Shown piece by piece: positions 46,112 to 56,758 of a DNA stretch of 64,000 nucleotides. The notes under the pieces are model-generated. The model was not told where the DNA came from, ran no database searches, and worked only from the letters and a program-made list of their open reading frames with translations. The first letter of the stretch is position 1. Each line of letters opens with the position of its first letter. This stretch comes from an uncultured delta proteobacterium (GTDB taxonomy: Bacteria > Desulfobacterota > Binatia > UBA9968), in the NCBI GenBank assembly GCA_963745035.1, contig CAVUVW010000014.1:352001-416000 (forward strand), read 5' to 3'. The position numbers and the translations under genes were made by a program.

Positions 46112-46525
46112 TTAAGGGACGATCTGGAAAGCGCGATTTCGATTCATTCGGTAGCTGGAAAACCCGCGGCGATCAAGAGTGAAAACCCAGTCGGTTTCCA
46201 ATTCTTCTCCCAACACGACAAGGGTGGCATCGGCAAAGTCCATGGGCACATTGCGGTATCTTTCCATCAGTACCGCCACCCGTTGCAAGCTCTTCGCCGA
46301 AGACGGAACCAAGTGAAAAGCCCCTCGGAGAACAAATTCGAGACAAGCTTTCTGCGCGCGCCACTGGGGTCCGACCAAGTGAAGCGTTTCGGTCAAAACG
46401 GCTTCGGTGGTGACGACGGGCCCGGTCCATTTCTCCAACGCCGCCACGCAATCACCATGCAGCTTTTCGTCTCGGTCCACCAGCGCCACGAACGCGCCGG
46501 TATCCAACAAGAGATCATCGGCCAC
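46112..46525 (-). CDS. vapC: PIN-domain toxin (VapC)
   Basis: LLDTG, VLTE, MDFADA and FTLDRRGF. Confidence 0.9.
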   Translation of the reverse strand: MADDLLLDTGAFVALVDRDEKLHGDCVAALEKWTGPVVTTEAVLTETLHLVGPQWRAQKACLEFVLRGAFHLVPSSAKSLQRVAVLMERYRNVPMDFADATLVVLGEELETDWVFTLDRRGFSSYRMNRNRAFQIVP

Positions 46526-46763
46526 GGCGTAATCGACGGATCAGATAGTCGCGGTGGCGCTGCCCGAGATCGGACCGGCCGCTGGCGACGCTGCCGAGAA
46601 GATCACGCACCCGTTCGATGGGGCGCACTTCCGGCTGGGTGTCCAGATATTGCTCCAACGCCTCGCGCACCACTTCCGAGCGCTTGCGTTTCAAGCGCTT
46701 GGCCGACTGCTCCAGCTTTGTGGCCAAATCCGCGGGCAGCCGCATGCTCAATTGCCGTTCCAT
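46515..46763 (-). CDS. Ribbon-helix-helix antitoxin (VapB-like)
   Basis: LSMRLP...KRSEVVREALEQYL; overlaps the toxin start. Confidence 0.85.
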   Translation of the reverse strand: MERQLSMRLPADLATKLEQSAKRLKRKRSEVVREALEQYLDTQPEVRPIERVRDLLGSVASGRSDLGQRHRDYLIRRLRRGR

Positions 46764-46888
46764 TGGCTTTGCCTCCCGATGCAATACAATGTAATGCATA
46801 GCGGTACAAATGTCCAATCGTCCGTCAGCAACTCGATGGCGCGTCCCCACAATTGGCTATGCAGTCTTGGGGGCTTCGAGCTGTGGAC

Positions 46889-47052
46889 GCCGCAACCTAC
46901 ATGCACAAAATTCTTAAAGGCACCAAGCGCACCGACTCCCTGTCGAGTGGCCAACCAAGTTCGAGTTCGTAACTAATTTGAAAACCGTCAAACACACCGG
47001 TTTAATCATTCCGCCGCATGGCTTGGGGAGAGTCGATAACATCATACGGTGA
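46889..47052 (+). pseudogene. Degenerate orphan copy of the SBP 3' end
   Basis: AATYMHKILKGTK...PTKFEFVTNLKTVKHTGLIIPPHGLGRVDNIIR*. Confidence 0.8.
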
Positions 47053-47126
47053 GTCGGAAGCGTGATCGATTCGAGTAATCGATTCAGGCAAGATCGGCCA
47101 AATTGGTTAGGACAGGAGGATGTGCC

Positions 47127-48106
47127 ATGAAAACGAAATCCTCTCGCTGGTGGTGCGCCGTCATCCTGCTTGCGACATCCTTTTCAGGCTTCCGCGTCGA
47201 GGCGGCGCAGAAAGACCTGCAAAAACTCACCGTCGGCTACACGCCGATCTCCGGCGCGGCTTTGCCGTTCTTCATCGCCGTGGAAGAAAAACTATTTCAG
47301 AAGCACGGCTTCGAGGTTTCTCCAGTATTCATGGGCGGCTCGCCGCTGATCAATTCGGCGATACTCGCCGGCGAATTTCCCATCGGTTACACCGGCGGCG
47401 GCGCGATCATCTCGAGCCGGCTCGCGGGAAGCGATCTGATCGCGATCGCCTCTCCGCTGTCCGTGCTTACCATCGACGCCTGGGCAAAGCCGGAAATCAA
47501 ATCGGTCAGCGATCTGCGCGGCAAGAGAATCGGCGTCACCCGCTTCGGCGCCTCGACCCATTTCGCCGGCCTGTCGATGTTGGACTCGGCGGGCATCAAG
47601 CCGAACGAGGTTGTTTTCATCCAAAACGGCGGCGTCGGCGAATCGCTCGCCGCTTTGATCGGCGGCCGGGTGGACGCATCGATGATCGGATATCCGTTCG
47701 GCCTTAGAGCGAAAAGCGCCGGCTTTCCTCTCCTCTTCCGGCCGATGGATAGCGATTATGGGCTCTTCCCGACCGCCGTCATTGCGGCGCGAGAGTCCTG
47801 GTTAAAGGATCCGAAGAATCGCAAGGTCGCCGTCGATTTTTTGCGGGCGACTCAACGAGGGACTCCTGCTCACGCGAGAAAGTCCCAACACAGTCAAGCG
47901 AGCGCTGCGAAAATATACTCGCGTCGACGATGAGGCCTTGTTGCAAGGCAGCGTCGAATATTTCCGAGATGCTTTCCCGAAGACGCTTCAGAACCCCGGA
48001 GAAGGCGATGACCAATGCGCTCAAGTTCATCGACCATCCCAAAGCCAAGTCGTACGACGTGACGCAATCTTTCGACAACAGCTTGGTCAACGAAGCGGCC
48101 AAATAG
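47127..48106 (+). CDS. NitT/TauT-type SBP; frameshifts in the 3' part
   Basis: Close paralogue of 51236..52216 (LTVGYTPI...MGGSPLINSAILAGEF). Confidence 0.85.
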
Positions 48107-48132
48107 TCGCAAGCACCAGGCCAATAATAAGA

Positions 48133-49113
48133 ATGCGCATGTCTAGAAAAATTATTCCCTTTTTAGTTTACGCCTTGCTCTTTGCAATTTGCGGCTCTGC
48201 CAATGCGCAGCAAAAGAAAGTCCCCCGAATAGGATACCTGAGCGCTTCCTCGGCTTCCGAGGCGTCAGTAAGGACAAATGCGTTCCGTCAAGGGCTGGAA
48301 GAGCTTGGTTATGTCGAAGGGAAGAATCTTATCCTGGAGTTTCGCTATGCCGAGGGAAAATTCGATCGGCTTTCCCCCCTCGCTGCCGAACTCGTGCGGC
48401 TCAATGTAGACGCTATCGTCACCGCGGGCCCGTCGGTCACCCGCCCCGCGAAGGAAGCGACCGCTGCTATTCCTATCGTCATGACGAACGATAGCGATCC
48501 TATCGGCAGTGGCTTTATCGCCAGTCTGGCGCGGCCCGGAGGGAACGTTACCGGACTATCGAGCCTAGCCCGGGAGTTAAGCGGCAAACGGGTGGAGCTT
48601 CTAAAAGAGATCCTTCCCAATCTTTCTCGCCTCGCGATTTTGGGCACTTTCGATATTCCTGGAAACGCACAAGCTAGCCGAGAGACCGAACAGGCCGCGG
48701 CCGCTTTTAACCTGCAAACGCAATATTTTGACATACAAAGTGCGAAGGATGTCGACGCCGTATTCCGGGCCGCGAACAAATGGCGCGCCGATGCAGGCGT
48801 CGTGCTGAACGGCCCGCCTCATATTCAGCGACTGATTCCCGGCGCCGCAGTAAAGAGCCGGCTCCCCGCTATCTACTCCAATTTGGCAATCATGGACGAT
48901 GCGGGGCTGATGAGCTACGGCACGAATCTCAGCGACCTGGACCGGCGCGCCGCGATTTACGTCGATCGAATTCTCAAAGGGGCCAAGCCAGCCGATCTTC
49001 CCGTCGAGCAGCCGACCAAGTTCGATCTCGTGATCAATTTGAAAGCCGCCAAGCAGATCGGTCTGACGATTCCGCCGAATGTGTTGGCAAGAGCAGATCG
49101 AGTTATCCGATGA
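48133..49113 (+). CDS. ABC_sub_bind-type SBP, copy 9
   Basis: Family motifs; close to copy 10. Confidence 0.9.
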   Translation: MRMSRKIIPFLVYALLFAICGSANAQQKKVPRIGYLSASSASEASVRTNAFRQGLEELGYVEGKNLILEFRYAEGKFDRLSPLAAELVRLNVDAIVTAGPSVTRPAKEATAAIPIVMTNDSDPIGSGFIASLARPGGNVTGLSSLARELSGKRVELLKEILPNLSRLAILGTFDIPGNAQASRETEQAAAAFNLQTQYFDIQSAKDVDAVFRAANKWRADAGVVLNGPPHIQRLIPGAAVKSRLPAIYSNLAIMDDAGLMSYGTNLSDLDRRAAIYVDRILKGAKPADLPVEQPTKFDLVINLKAAKQIGLTIPPNVLARADRVIR

Positions 49114-49148
49114 TTCCAGAATCGAAAGTCCCAATCGTGTAGTGAGCG

Positions 49149-50138
49149 ATGGCGAAGCATCGAAAACGGGCCGAGCTTTTTGCAATCGTTGTCGCGCTCA
49201 CGGTGGGCTGGGCGACGGTTGAGGCGCAGCAGCCGAAGAAAATTCCGCGCATCGGATATCTAAGCGCTTCCTCGGCTGCCGAGGTTTCGCCCCGAACCGA
49301 GGCGTTCCGGCAGGGGTTGCGCGAGCTTGGCTATGTGGAAGGCAAAAGCCTCGTCATTGAGTTTCGCTATGCGGAGGGAAAATTCGACAATCTCGCCGAT
49401 CTCGCAGCCGAACTGGTGCGTCTCAACGTCGACGTAATCGTCACGGCCGGTCCCTCGGTAACCCGTCCCGCCAAGGAAGCTACCGCTACAATCCCCATTG
49501 TCATGACCAACGATACCGATCCGGTTGCGAGCGGATTCGTCGCCAGTCTTGCGCGTCCGGGCGCAAATATTACGGGACTGACCAATCTTGCCCAGGAGTT
49601 AAGTGGAAAACGGCTGGAGCTTCTCAAGGACATTCTTCCCAAGCTCTCGCGCGTCGCCGTACTCGGAACTTCGGATATCCCCAGAAATGCGCAGGCGTTG
49701 AGAGAGACGGAACTAGCCGCAGGCGCGCTCGGTGTCCAGATTCAGTACTTAGACATCCGCACTGCGAAGGATATCGAATCTGCATTTGGAGCTGCGCGCA
49801 AATGGCGCGCTGATGCAGTCTCCGTACTGAACGGCCCGCCCCACATTCAGCGACTGATTCCGGCGATCGCAGCGAAAAGTCGAATGCCTGCTATGTATTT
49901 CAACCCGGCGCTCATCGAACGCGACGAGGGATTAATAAGCTACGGTACGAATCTCAACGATTTGGACAGGCGCGCCGCCGCTTACGTCGACAAAATTCTC
50001 AAAGGCGCGAAGCCCGCCGATTTGCCCGTGGAGCAACCGACCAAATTTGAATTGGTCATCAATCTCAAAACCGCCAAGCAGATCGGCCTGACGATTCCAC
50101 CGAATGTTTTAGCCAGAGCCGACCGGGTGATTAAGTAG
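49149..50138 (+). CDS. ABC_sub_bind-type SBP, copy 10
   Basis: Shares [21 protein letters not shown] and LNGPPHIQRLIP with copy 9. Confidence 0.9.
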   Translation: MAKHRKRAELFAIVVALTVGWATVEAQQPKKIPRIGYLSASSAAEVSPRTEAFRQGLRELGYVEGKSLVIEFRYAEGKFDNLADLAAELVRLNVDVIVTAGPSVTRPAKEATATIPIVMTNDTDPVASGFVASLARPGANITGLTNLAQELSGKRLELLKDILPKLSRVAVLGTSDIPRNAQALRETELAAGALGVQIQYLDIRTAKDIESAFGAARKWRADAVSVLNGPPHIQRLIPAIAAKSRMPAMYFNPALIERDEGLISYGTNLNDLDRRAAAYVDKILKGAKPADLPVEQPTKFELVINLKTAKQIGLTIPPNVLARADRVIK

Positions 50139-50174
50139 GCAATAGGCACGAGGCAACAGGCAACAGTGAGGAAC

Positions 50175-51142
50175 ATGAACAAAAGAATTTACAGCTTTGC
50201 TCTTGCCGCTTTGCTCTTCGCGATAAACTCGCCGGCCGAGGCGCAGGTCAAAGGGAAGCCCAAGGTGGGCGTACTCACGCCTGCCGAGCGGCAGTGGGAG
50301 GGCGCGGCGTTCCGTGAGGCATTGCGCGGCCTTGGTTATATTGAAGGATCGAATATTCGATCGATGTTCGCTCGGCGGAAGGCAAGCTGGAGCGCATGCC
50401 GGAGTTGGCGGCGGCGCTCGTCAACTCCGATGTCGATGTGATCCTTTCCGTAAACACGCCGGGGGCGCGCGCAGCCATCGAAGCGACCAAGACGGTTCCC
50501 ATCGTCATGACTGCCATAGGCGACCCGGTCGGCTTGGGCTTGGTGACGAGTCTGGCCCGACCGGGAGGCAATGTTACGGGCCTTTCGAACATGAGCGGGG
50601 ATTTGGCCGGGAAGCGTCTTGAGCTGCTCAAAGAAGCCGTTCCGGCGGCAAGGCGCATCGCCGTGATGATGCATCCCGATGAGCCGATCGTGCCGATTCA
50701 AGTCAAAGACATCAACGCGACGGCCGCTCGTATGGGAGTGGAGTTGGAAATTATTCCGTTGCGCCACACCCACGAGCTCGAGCGGGCTTTTCAAAGAGCT
50801 CTTCAATGGCGCGCGCAAGGATTGTTGCGCTTGGCAGGACAAGCGACGGTGATCGGCCCGCCGACGGCTGAGCTGGCTTTGAAACACCGGATGCCCGCCA
50901 TGCTGCTGCTCAGACAGGACGTCGAGGCCGGCGCGCTTATGTCGTACTTTACCGATCATCCAGCGATGTTTCGGCGCGCCGCCGCGTACGTCGATAAGAT
51001 CTTGAAAGGAAGCAAAGTAGGCGAGCTTCCCGTCGAGCAGCCTTCACGATTCGAATTTTACGTAAATTTGAAGACGGCGAAGCAAATCGGCTTGACGATT
51101 CCACCGAACCTGCTAGCGCGAGCAGACAAAGTAATCAGATAG
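50175..51142 (+). CDS. ABC_sub_bind-type SBP, copy 11; frameshift near 50360
   Basis: ORFs 50166..50441 and 50396..51142. Confidence 0.85.
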
Positions 51143-51235
51143 GCAACAGGCACGAGGCAACAGGCAACAGAAAGAAAGCTGAAAAATCTAAAATCAAAAA
51201 TCGCAAATCGAAAATACTAAGAGGGGAGGATTACC

Positions 51236-52216
51236 ATGAAAGCGAGAGACCCGCGTTGGTGGTTTATAACCTTCCTGACTACGGCATCGTTGCTGAGCGT
51301 CTGCGCGCATGCGGCGCAAAGGGATTTGCAAAAGCTCACGGTCGGCTACACGCCGATCGGCGGCGCGGCGATCCCGCTATATATCGCCGTGGAAGAGAAA
51401 ATCTTTCAGAAGAATGGCTACGATATTTTCCCCGTGTTCATGGGCGGCTCGCCGCTGATCAATTCGGCGATCCTCGCGGGTGAATTCCCCATCGGCTACA
51501 CCGGAGGCGGCGCGATCATCGCCAGCCGGCTAAGCGGCAGCGACCTGATCGCCATCGCCTCTCCCCTGCCCGTGCTTACTATCGACGGCTGGTCCAAGCC
51601 CGAGATCAAATCCATCGGCGATGTCAAAGGCAAAAGAATCGGGGTTACGCGCTTCGGCGCATCGAGCTACTTCTCGGCCCTCTCCATGTTGGAGTCGGGC
51701 GGCGTGAAGCCGACCGAAGTAACGTTCATTCAGAATGGCGGCGTCGGCGAATCCTACGCCGCCCTCGTCGGCGGTCGCGTCGATGTGTGCATGATCGGCT
51801 ATCCTTTCGGGCTCAGCGCCAAGAACGCCGGATTCAATCTGCTGTTCCGGCCTTTGCAGAGTGAATACGGGCTCTTTCCAACCGCGGTGATTGGAGCGCG
51901 CGAGTCCTGGCTCAAGGAACCGAAGAATCGCAAGGTCGCCGTCGAGTTTCTCCGCGCCCTCCACGCAGGCCAACAGTTGGCCAGGGAAAACGCCGCGGTG
52001 ACCAAGCGCGCGCTGCGTAAATTCACCCGCACCGAAGATGACGCATTACTGCAAGGCACTTTCGAGTTCTACAAGGACGCCTTCCCGAGCTCGCTTCGGG
52101 TCAACGAAAAAGCGATGGCGAACGCGCTCAAGTTCGTCGAACATCCGAAAGCCAAGCAGTTCGACGTGCGCCAGTCCTTCGACAACAGCTTCGTCGATGA
52201 GGCAATGAGGCAGTAG
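51236..52216 (+). CDS. NitT/TauT-type SBP
   Basis: Signal peptide, KGKRIGVTRFG, ALVGGRVD and FDNSFVDE. Confidence 0.88.
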   Translation: MKARDPRWWFITFLTTASLLSVCAHAAQRDLQKLTVGYTPIGGAAIPLYIAVEEKIFQKNGYDIFPVFMGGSPLINSAILAGEFPIGYTGGGAIIASRLSGSDLIAIASPLPVLTIDGWSKPEIKSIGDVKGKRIGVTRFGASSYFSALSMLESGGVKPTEVTFIQNGGVGESYAALVGGRVDVCMIGYPFGLSAKNAGFNLLFRPLQSEYGLFPTAVIGARESWLKEPKNRKVAVEFLRALHAGQQLARENAAVTKRALRKFTRTEDDALLQGTFEFYKDAFPSSLRVNEKAMANALKFVEHPKAKQFDVRQSFDNSFVDEAMRQ

Positions 52217-52301
52217 GTGAGAGGCATGAGGCACGAGCAACAGGCATGAGGCGTAGATCAACCGTCAGCGTGGAACGATTTTGAATTGCAGGAGAAAATT
52301 A

Positions 52302-52652
52302 ATGAGACGAAAGCGTTTTGCTGAATTTAGGAATCTCCAGTCCGGCAATCTGAGCGCTCTTATCGCTATGCTGTTTGTGTTTGAAACTCTGCTGCCGATC
52401 CCGCTACTCTGGGCGGCGGAAGGCGTTATCTACAAAGTTTCCGATTCGACCGGCACATACTGTCATCTCAAGTTTCCGGCGATCACCAGGAACACGCTTT
52501 TTTCAGATCGGCCGGTTCTGAAGGACCCGAGCGAAGGCGATATTCGAGATTTCTATGGACGCTGCGATTACGATCCGCTGGGTGCAGAGGAAATTCGCCG
52601 CCAACGGGTCGAGCACCAGCGTCAGCGCCGCCGGATTCTCAGCAGAGATTGA
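52302..52652 (+). CDS. Small secreted hypothetical, YCH...GxC family (B)
   Basis: Hydrophobic N-terminus; TYCHLKFPAI...GDIRDFYGRCD...EEIRRQR. Start uncertain. Confidence 0.65.
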   Translation: MRRKRFAEFRNLQSGNLSALIAMLFVFETLLPIPLLWAAEGVIYKVSDSTGTYCHLKFPAITRNTLFSDRPVLKDPSEGDIRDFYGRCDYDPLGAEEIRRQRVEHQRQRRRILSRD

Positions 52653-52762
52653 CGGATCTCCTGCTTGAACATTCCAAGGGTAGCTATGATCAGCAAAGCC
52701 TACGCACTGGCTTGAGGCGTGAGCCGTGAGGCGTCAGGCGTGAGAATACTGAGAATACAAGG

Positions 52763-53749
52763 ATGAATCAAAACATTTTTCGTTTCATGCTTTGCGGAAT
52801 GCTCTTGGCGTTTTGCCTCCCCGCCGAGGCGCAGCAGACAGGAAAAATCTTCCGCATCGGTTACCTGGATACCAGCACTGCTTCCGGTAGCGCAGTCCAC
52901 ATTGATGCCTTCCGCCAGGAGATGCGCAAGCTTGGATGGATCGAGGGAAAGAATATCACTATCGAGTATCGGTTTGCCGAGCAAAAAAATGAGCGCTTGC
53001 CCGAGCTTGCGGCGGACTTGGTTCGTCTTAAGGTTGATCTGATTGTGGTCGTGGGGACGCAAGCGTCTTTGGCGGCAAAGCGAGCAACTGCGACCATCCC
53101 CATCGTGATGGCGAGCGTTGCGGACCCTGTGGCGGCGGGCCTGGTTGCCAGTCTGGCGCGGCCGGGAGGCAATGTGACCGGGACTATCGGGTTTATCGCC
53201 TGAGCTAAATACCAAAAGGTTGGAGATACTTAAGGACGCGGTCCCCAAGCTCGTCCGTGTTGGACTTTTTGGCTGTCGGGACGCGGCATAGGACAAGAAC
53301 TCCAAATGAAAGAGCTTAGGCCTGCGGCTCTGGCACTGAAGCTAAATTGGAGGAGATCGAGACTCAACCCGACGCCAAAGGTTTAGAGAGCGCCTTTCAA
53401 ACCGCCAAGCAGAAGCAAGTCAACGCGATTATGACGACCACCGGTACTTCCTTTTTCGCTGAAAGAAAGCGGATCGTCGAGCTTGCCGCCAAATACCGGC
53501 TGCCTGCTATTTACACACAGAAGGAGTTTGTCGTTGCGGGCGGTCTCATTCCTATGGGGTGGATCTCTTGAGCTCTGCCGACGCGCGGCGGGTTACGTGG
53601 ACAAAATCTTGAAAGGCGCCAAACCGGCTGATTTGCCGGTGCAGCAGGCAACCAAGTTTGAATTCATCATCAACCTGAACGCGGCAAAGCAAATCGGTCT
53701 GACAATTCCAGCGCGCGTGCTCGAGCGGGCGAATCAGGTGATTAAATAG
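52763..53749 (+). CDS. ABC_sub_bind-type SBP, copy 12; several frameshifts (error or pseudogene)
   Basis: Fragments 52763..53203, 53347..53571 and 53483..53749 are collinear. Confidence 0.8.
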
Positions 53750-53978
53750 GCAATAGGCATGAGACAACAGTAAGAAAGTTGAATCGGGCAATAGGTAAAA
53801 CATTTGTAGTGAGCTGTGTCGAAACCATTAAAAATCTCAAATCGGAAGATTCTGCCCAACGTACAGGCGTAATCAGATAGAAGTTGGAGTTATGGAATAT
53901 TTGGGCAGCCGGGAAAAAGCATTACTTCGGTACTCCAATACTCCAGTACTCCAACGAAGCTGAGTTAGGAGAGCCAAC

Positions 53979-54962
53979 ATGCAGAAGACGTTTTTGCCCT
54001 GGGTCCTGCTAACCGCATTTCTGACAATCGTTTCTCCCGCGTCAGCGCAGCAGACGGAGAAGACTTGGAAGATCGGCGTGCTGGTTTCCGGCACGGCCTC
54101 GATCAACGCGCCGCGCGATGAAGCGCTGCGCCGCGGGCTCCGCGATTTCGGTTACGAAGAGGGCAAGAATATTGTGTTCGCCTACAGGTATGCCGAAGGC
54201 AAAACCGATCGCTTGCCAAAACTCGCCAAAGAACTGATCGCGGAAAAGCCCGATGTGGTGGTCGTCGGCGGCACCGCCGTCGCCGTCGCGGCGAAAAACG
54301 CCACCAGCACGATCCCGATCGTCGTCGCGGGAGCGGGCGACCTCGTCGAAGCCGGACTCATCAAAAGCTTCATGTATCCCGGCGGCAATGTGACCGGCGT
54401 GGCGCGGCTATCGGCCGATTTCTTCGGCGACCGGCTCAAGCTTATTAAGGAAGTAGTGCCAAAGGCAGCCCAAGTAACGGCGCTTTCAAATCCGAACAAT
54501 TCCGGCCATGGCCGCAGCCTCAAAGACGCCGAGTTGGGCGCGCGTTCGTCGGCCATGACCTTCGGAAACGTCAGCGCGCGATCAGCCGATGAGCTGGATA
54601 AAGCGATCGCCGCTGCCGCGCAAGGCGGCGCCAGCGCGCTCTTTCTGATGACCGATGCCATGTTCAACTCCAACCTGGCGCGGATCGCGCAACTTGCGCT
54701 CAAGCACCGACTACCGTCGGTTTACGATCGCACCGAGTATGTCGAGGCCGGCGGGCTGATGAGCAATGGCGTGAATCTCTCCGATCTCTCGCGCCGCGCC
54801 GCCGAGTACGTTCACCAAATTCTCAAAGGCACCAAGCCGGGCGACCTCACTCTCGTCCAGCCGACCAAATTCGATCTGGCGGTGAATCTCAAGACCGCTC
54901 AGCAGATCGGATTAACTATTCCGCCGAATGTTTTGGCGAGAGCGGACAAAGTAATTAAGTAA
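53979..54962 (+). CDS. ABC_sub_bind-type SBP, copy 13
   Basis: Family motifs; RBS AGGAG. Confidence 0.9.
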   Translation: MQKTFLPWVLLTAFLTIVSPASAQQTEKTWKIGVLVSGTASINAPRDEALRRGLRDFGYEEGKNIVFAYRYAEGKTDRLPKLAKELIAEKPDVVVVGGTAVAVAAKNATSTIPIVVAGAGDLVEAGLIKSFMYPGGNVTGVARLSADFFGDRLKLIKEVVPKAAQVTALSNPNNSGHGRSLKDAELGARSSAMTFGNVSARSADELDKAIAAAAQGGASALFLMTDAMFNSNLARIAQLALKHRLPSVYDRTEYVEAGGLMSNGVNLSDLSRRAAEYVHQILKGTKPGDLTLVQPTKFDLAVNLKTAQQIGLTIPPNVLARADKVIK

Positions 54963-55190
54963 GGAGTAAGTGGTGAGAAGTGAGGCGAAACAGAAATTTT
55001 GGATTTTGGATTGTCTATTTTGGATCAACGGTGCACGAAATATTTCGGACTCAATCCTCGATGCTCGCTCCGACAGTCGGGAAAAAACAGCAGGGAATGA
55101 TCCGATGAACCAGGCGACAGCCGCAAGCCAATGGGCTAGAGTCAGCCGATCTAGGATCACGCAAATCTGATTACAGATGAGGACATTTGA

Positions 55191-55485
55191 ATGAATGGAT
55201 TTCGCCTATAAATATCCTGCTTTCTATCTTGCTAGTCTTTTTCGTTGGCTTTGCTACCGGCGATTTCGATCAAGCAACCCGTACGAGCAAGAGATAGCTA
55301 AGGGCTACTGCCACAGGATATTGCAACCCGTGGGTCCCACCGAGATCATAAGACCGACGCAAAGCCGGTCCGGCGATTACATCAGCTACTACGGCCCCTG
55401 CGAGGGACCCTCCGCTGAGGAGCAGGCCAGAAAACAAAGACGTTTTGAGCGCTACCGCTTCGGCAGAGACTTCATGCCCGGATGA
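55191..55485 (+). CDS. Small YCH...GPC family protein (C); 5' part frameshifted or decayed
   Basis: GYCHRILQPVGPTEIIRPTQSRSGDYISYYGPCE...RFGRDFMPG is highly similar to 43649..43945. Confidence 0.65.
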
Positions 55486-55542
55486 GCACGGATTGAATGG
55501 AGTGAGCGCAACATTCCTTTGCACATCGCTTCGCTTGCCTGC

Positions 55543-55665
55543 ATGAAATATTTGCCCGGGCAACCGACGAAGTTTGAGTTCGTGGTCAATCTCAAAACAG
55601 CGAAGCAAATCGGCCTGACGATTCCGCCGAACGTGCTGGCGCGGGCGGACCGGGTAATTCGGTGA
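55543..55665 (+). pseudogene. Orphan intact copy of the SBP 3' end (possible mini-ORF)
   Basis: [40 protein letters not shown]. Confidence 0.8.
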
Positions 55666-55696
55666 AGTGAAGGGTGAGGAGTAAGGCGAATCCAAA

Positions 55697-56687
55697 ATGA
55701 AAATCCAAAATCCACAATGGCTGGGGGCTTTTACATTCGCCTTCGCGCTAGTCGGGGCCGCGGTTCAGGCTCAGCAGCCGACTAAAATCCCCCGGATCGG
55801 GTATCTCATCACTTCGTCGCCTGCGGCGATCGCGCCGCGCATGGAAGCATTTCAGCAAGGGCTGCGTGATCTCGGCTATGTCGAGGGGAAAAATATTGTC
55901 ATCGAGCACCGCTATGCAAACGGACGATCCGATCAACTCCGTGTGCTCGCCGCCGAACTGGTGCAACTGAACGTAGACATCATCGTTTCCAGCGGTCCGA
56001 CGGCGACGCGCCCCGCTAAGGAAGCAACCTCCAAAATCCCTATTGTCATGACCTTCGATGATGATCCAATCGGCAGCGGCTTCGTCGCCAGTCTCGCCCG
56101 GCCGGGTGGGAACGTCACCGGTTTGTCGACGCTTTCACCGGAGATCAGCGGAAAGCAACTGGAGCTGTTGAAAGAGATCGTGCCCAAGATCACTCGAGTA
56201 GCTGTGCTGGGAACTTTGACGAGGGAAGGCACCGCGCAGAATCTAAAAGAGATGGAACTCGCCGCTGGAGCATTCGGACTGAAGCTTAAATATTTGGACA
56301 CGCAAAATGTCAAGGACATCGAGGGTAGCTTCGAAAACGCGAGTAAAGGGCGCGCCGAGGCCGTCCTCATATTGCAGAGCCCGGTGTTCAATTCGCAACG
56401 ACCACAGATCGCGGAGCTCGCGCTAAAGAGGCGGCTTCCCGCGATCTATCCGCGACGAGAATTCGTCGAAGACGGCGGTCTGATGAGCTACGGCGTGAGC
56501 ATTCTCGATTTGGACCGCCGCGCCGCGATTTACGTGGACAAGATCCTCAAGGGTGCCAAGCCCGCCGATCTCCCAGTCGAGCAGCCGAACCAAGTTTGAG
56601 CTGATGATCAATCTAAAAGCCGCCAAGCAAATCGGCCTGATCATTCCTCCCAACGTCCTGGCGCGTGCGGACAAAGTAATACGGTAA
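55697..56687 (+). CDS. ABC_sub_bind-type SBP, copy 14; frameshift near 56590
   Basis: Family motifs; C-terminal tail in the next frame. Confidence 0.88.
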
Positions 56688-56758
56688 GGAGTAAGTGGTG
56701 AGGAGTGAGGCGAAAAACAAATTTTGGATTTTCGATTGAAACCCAAGAGAACAAACCG

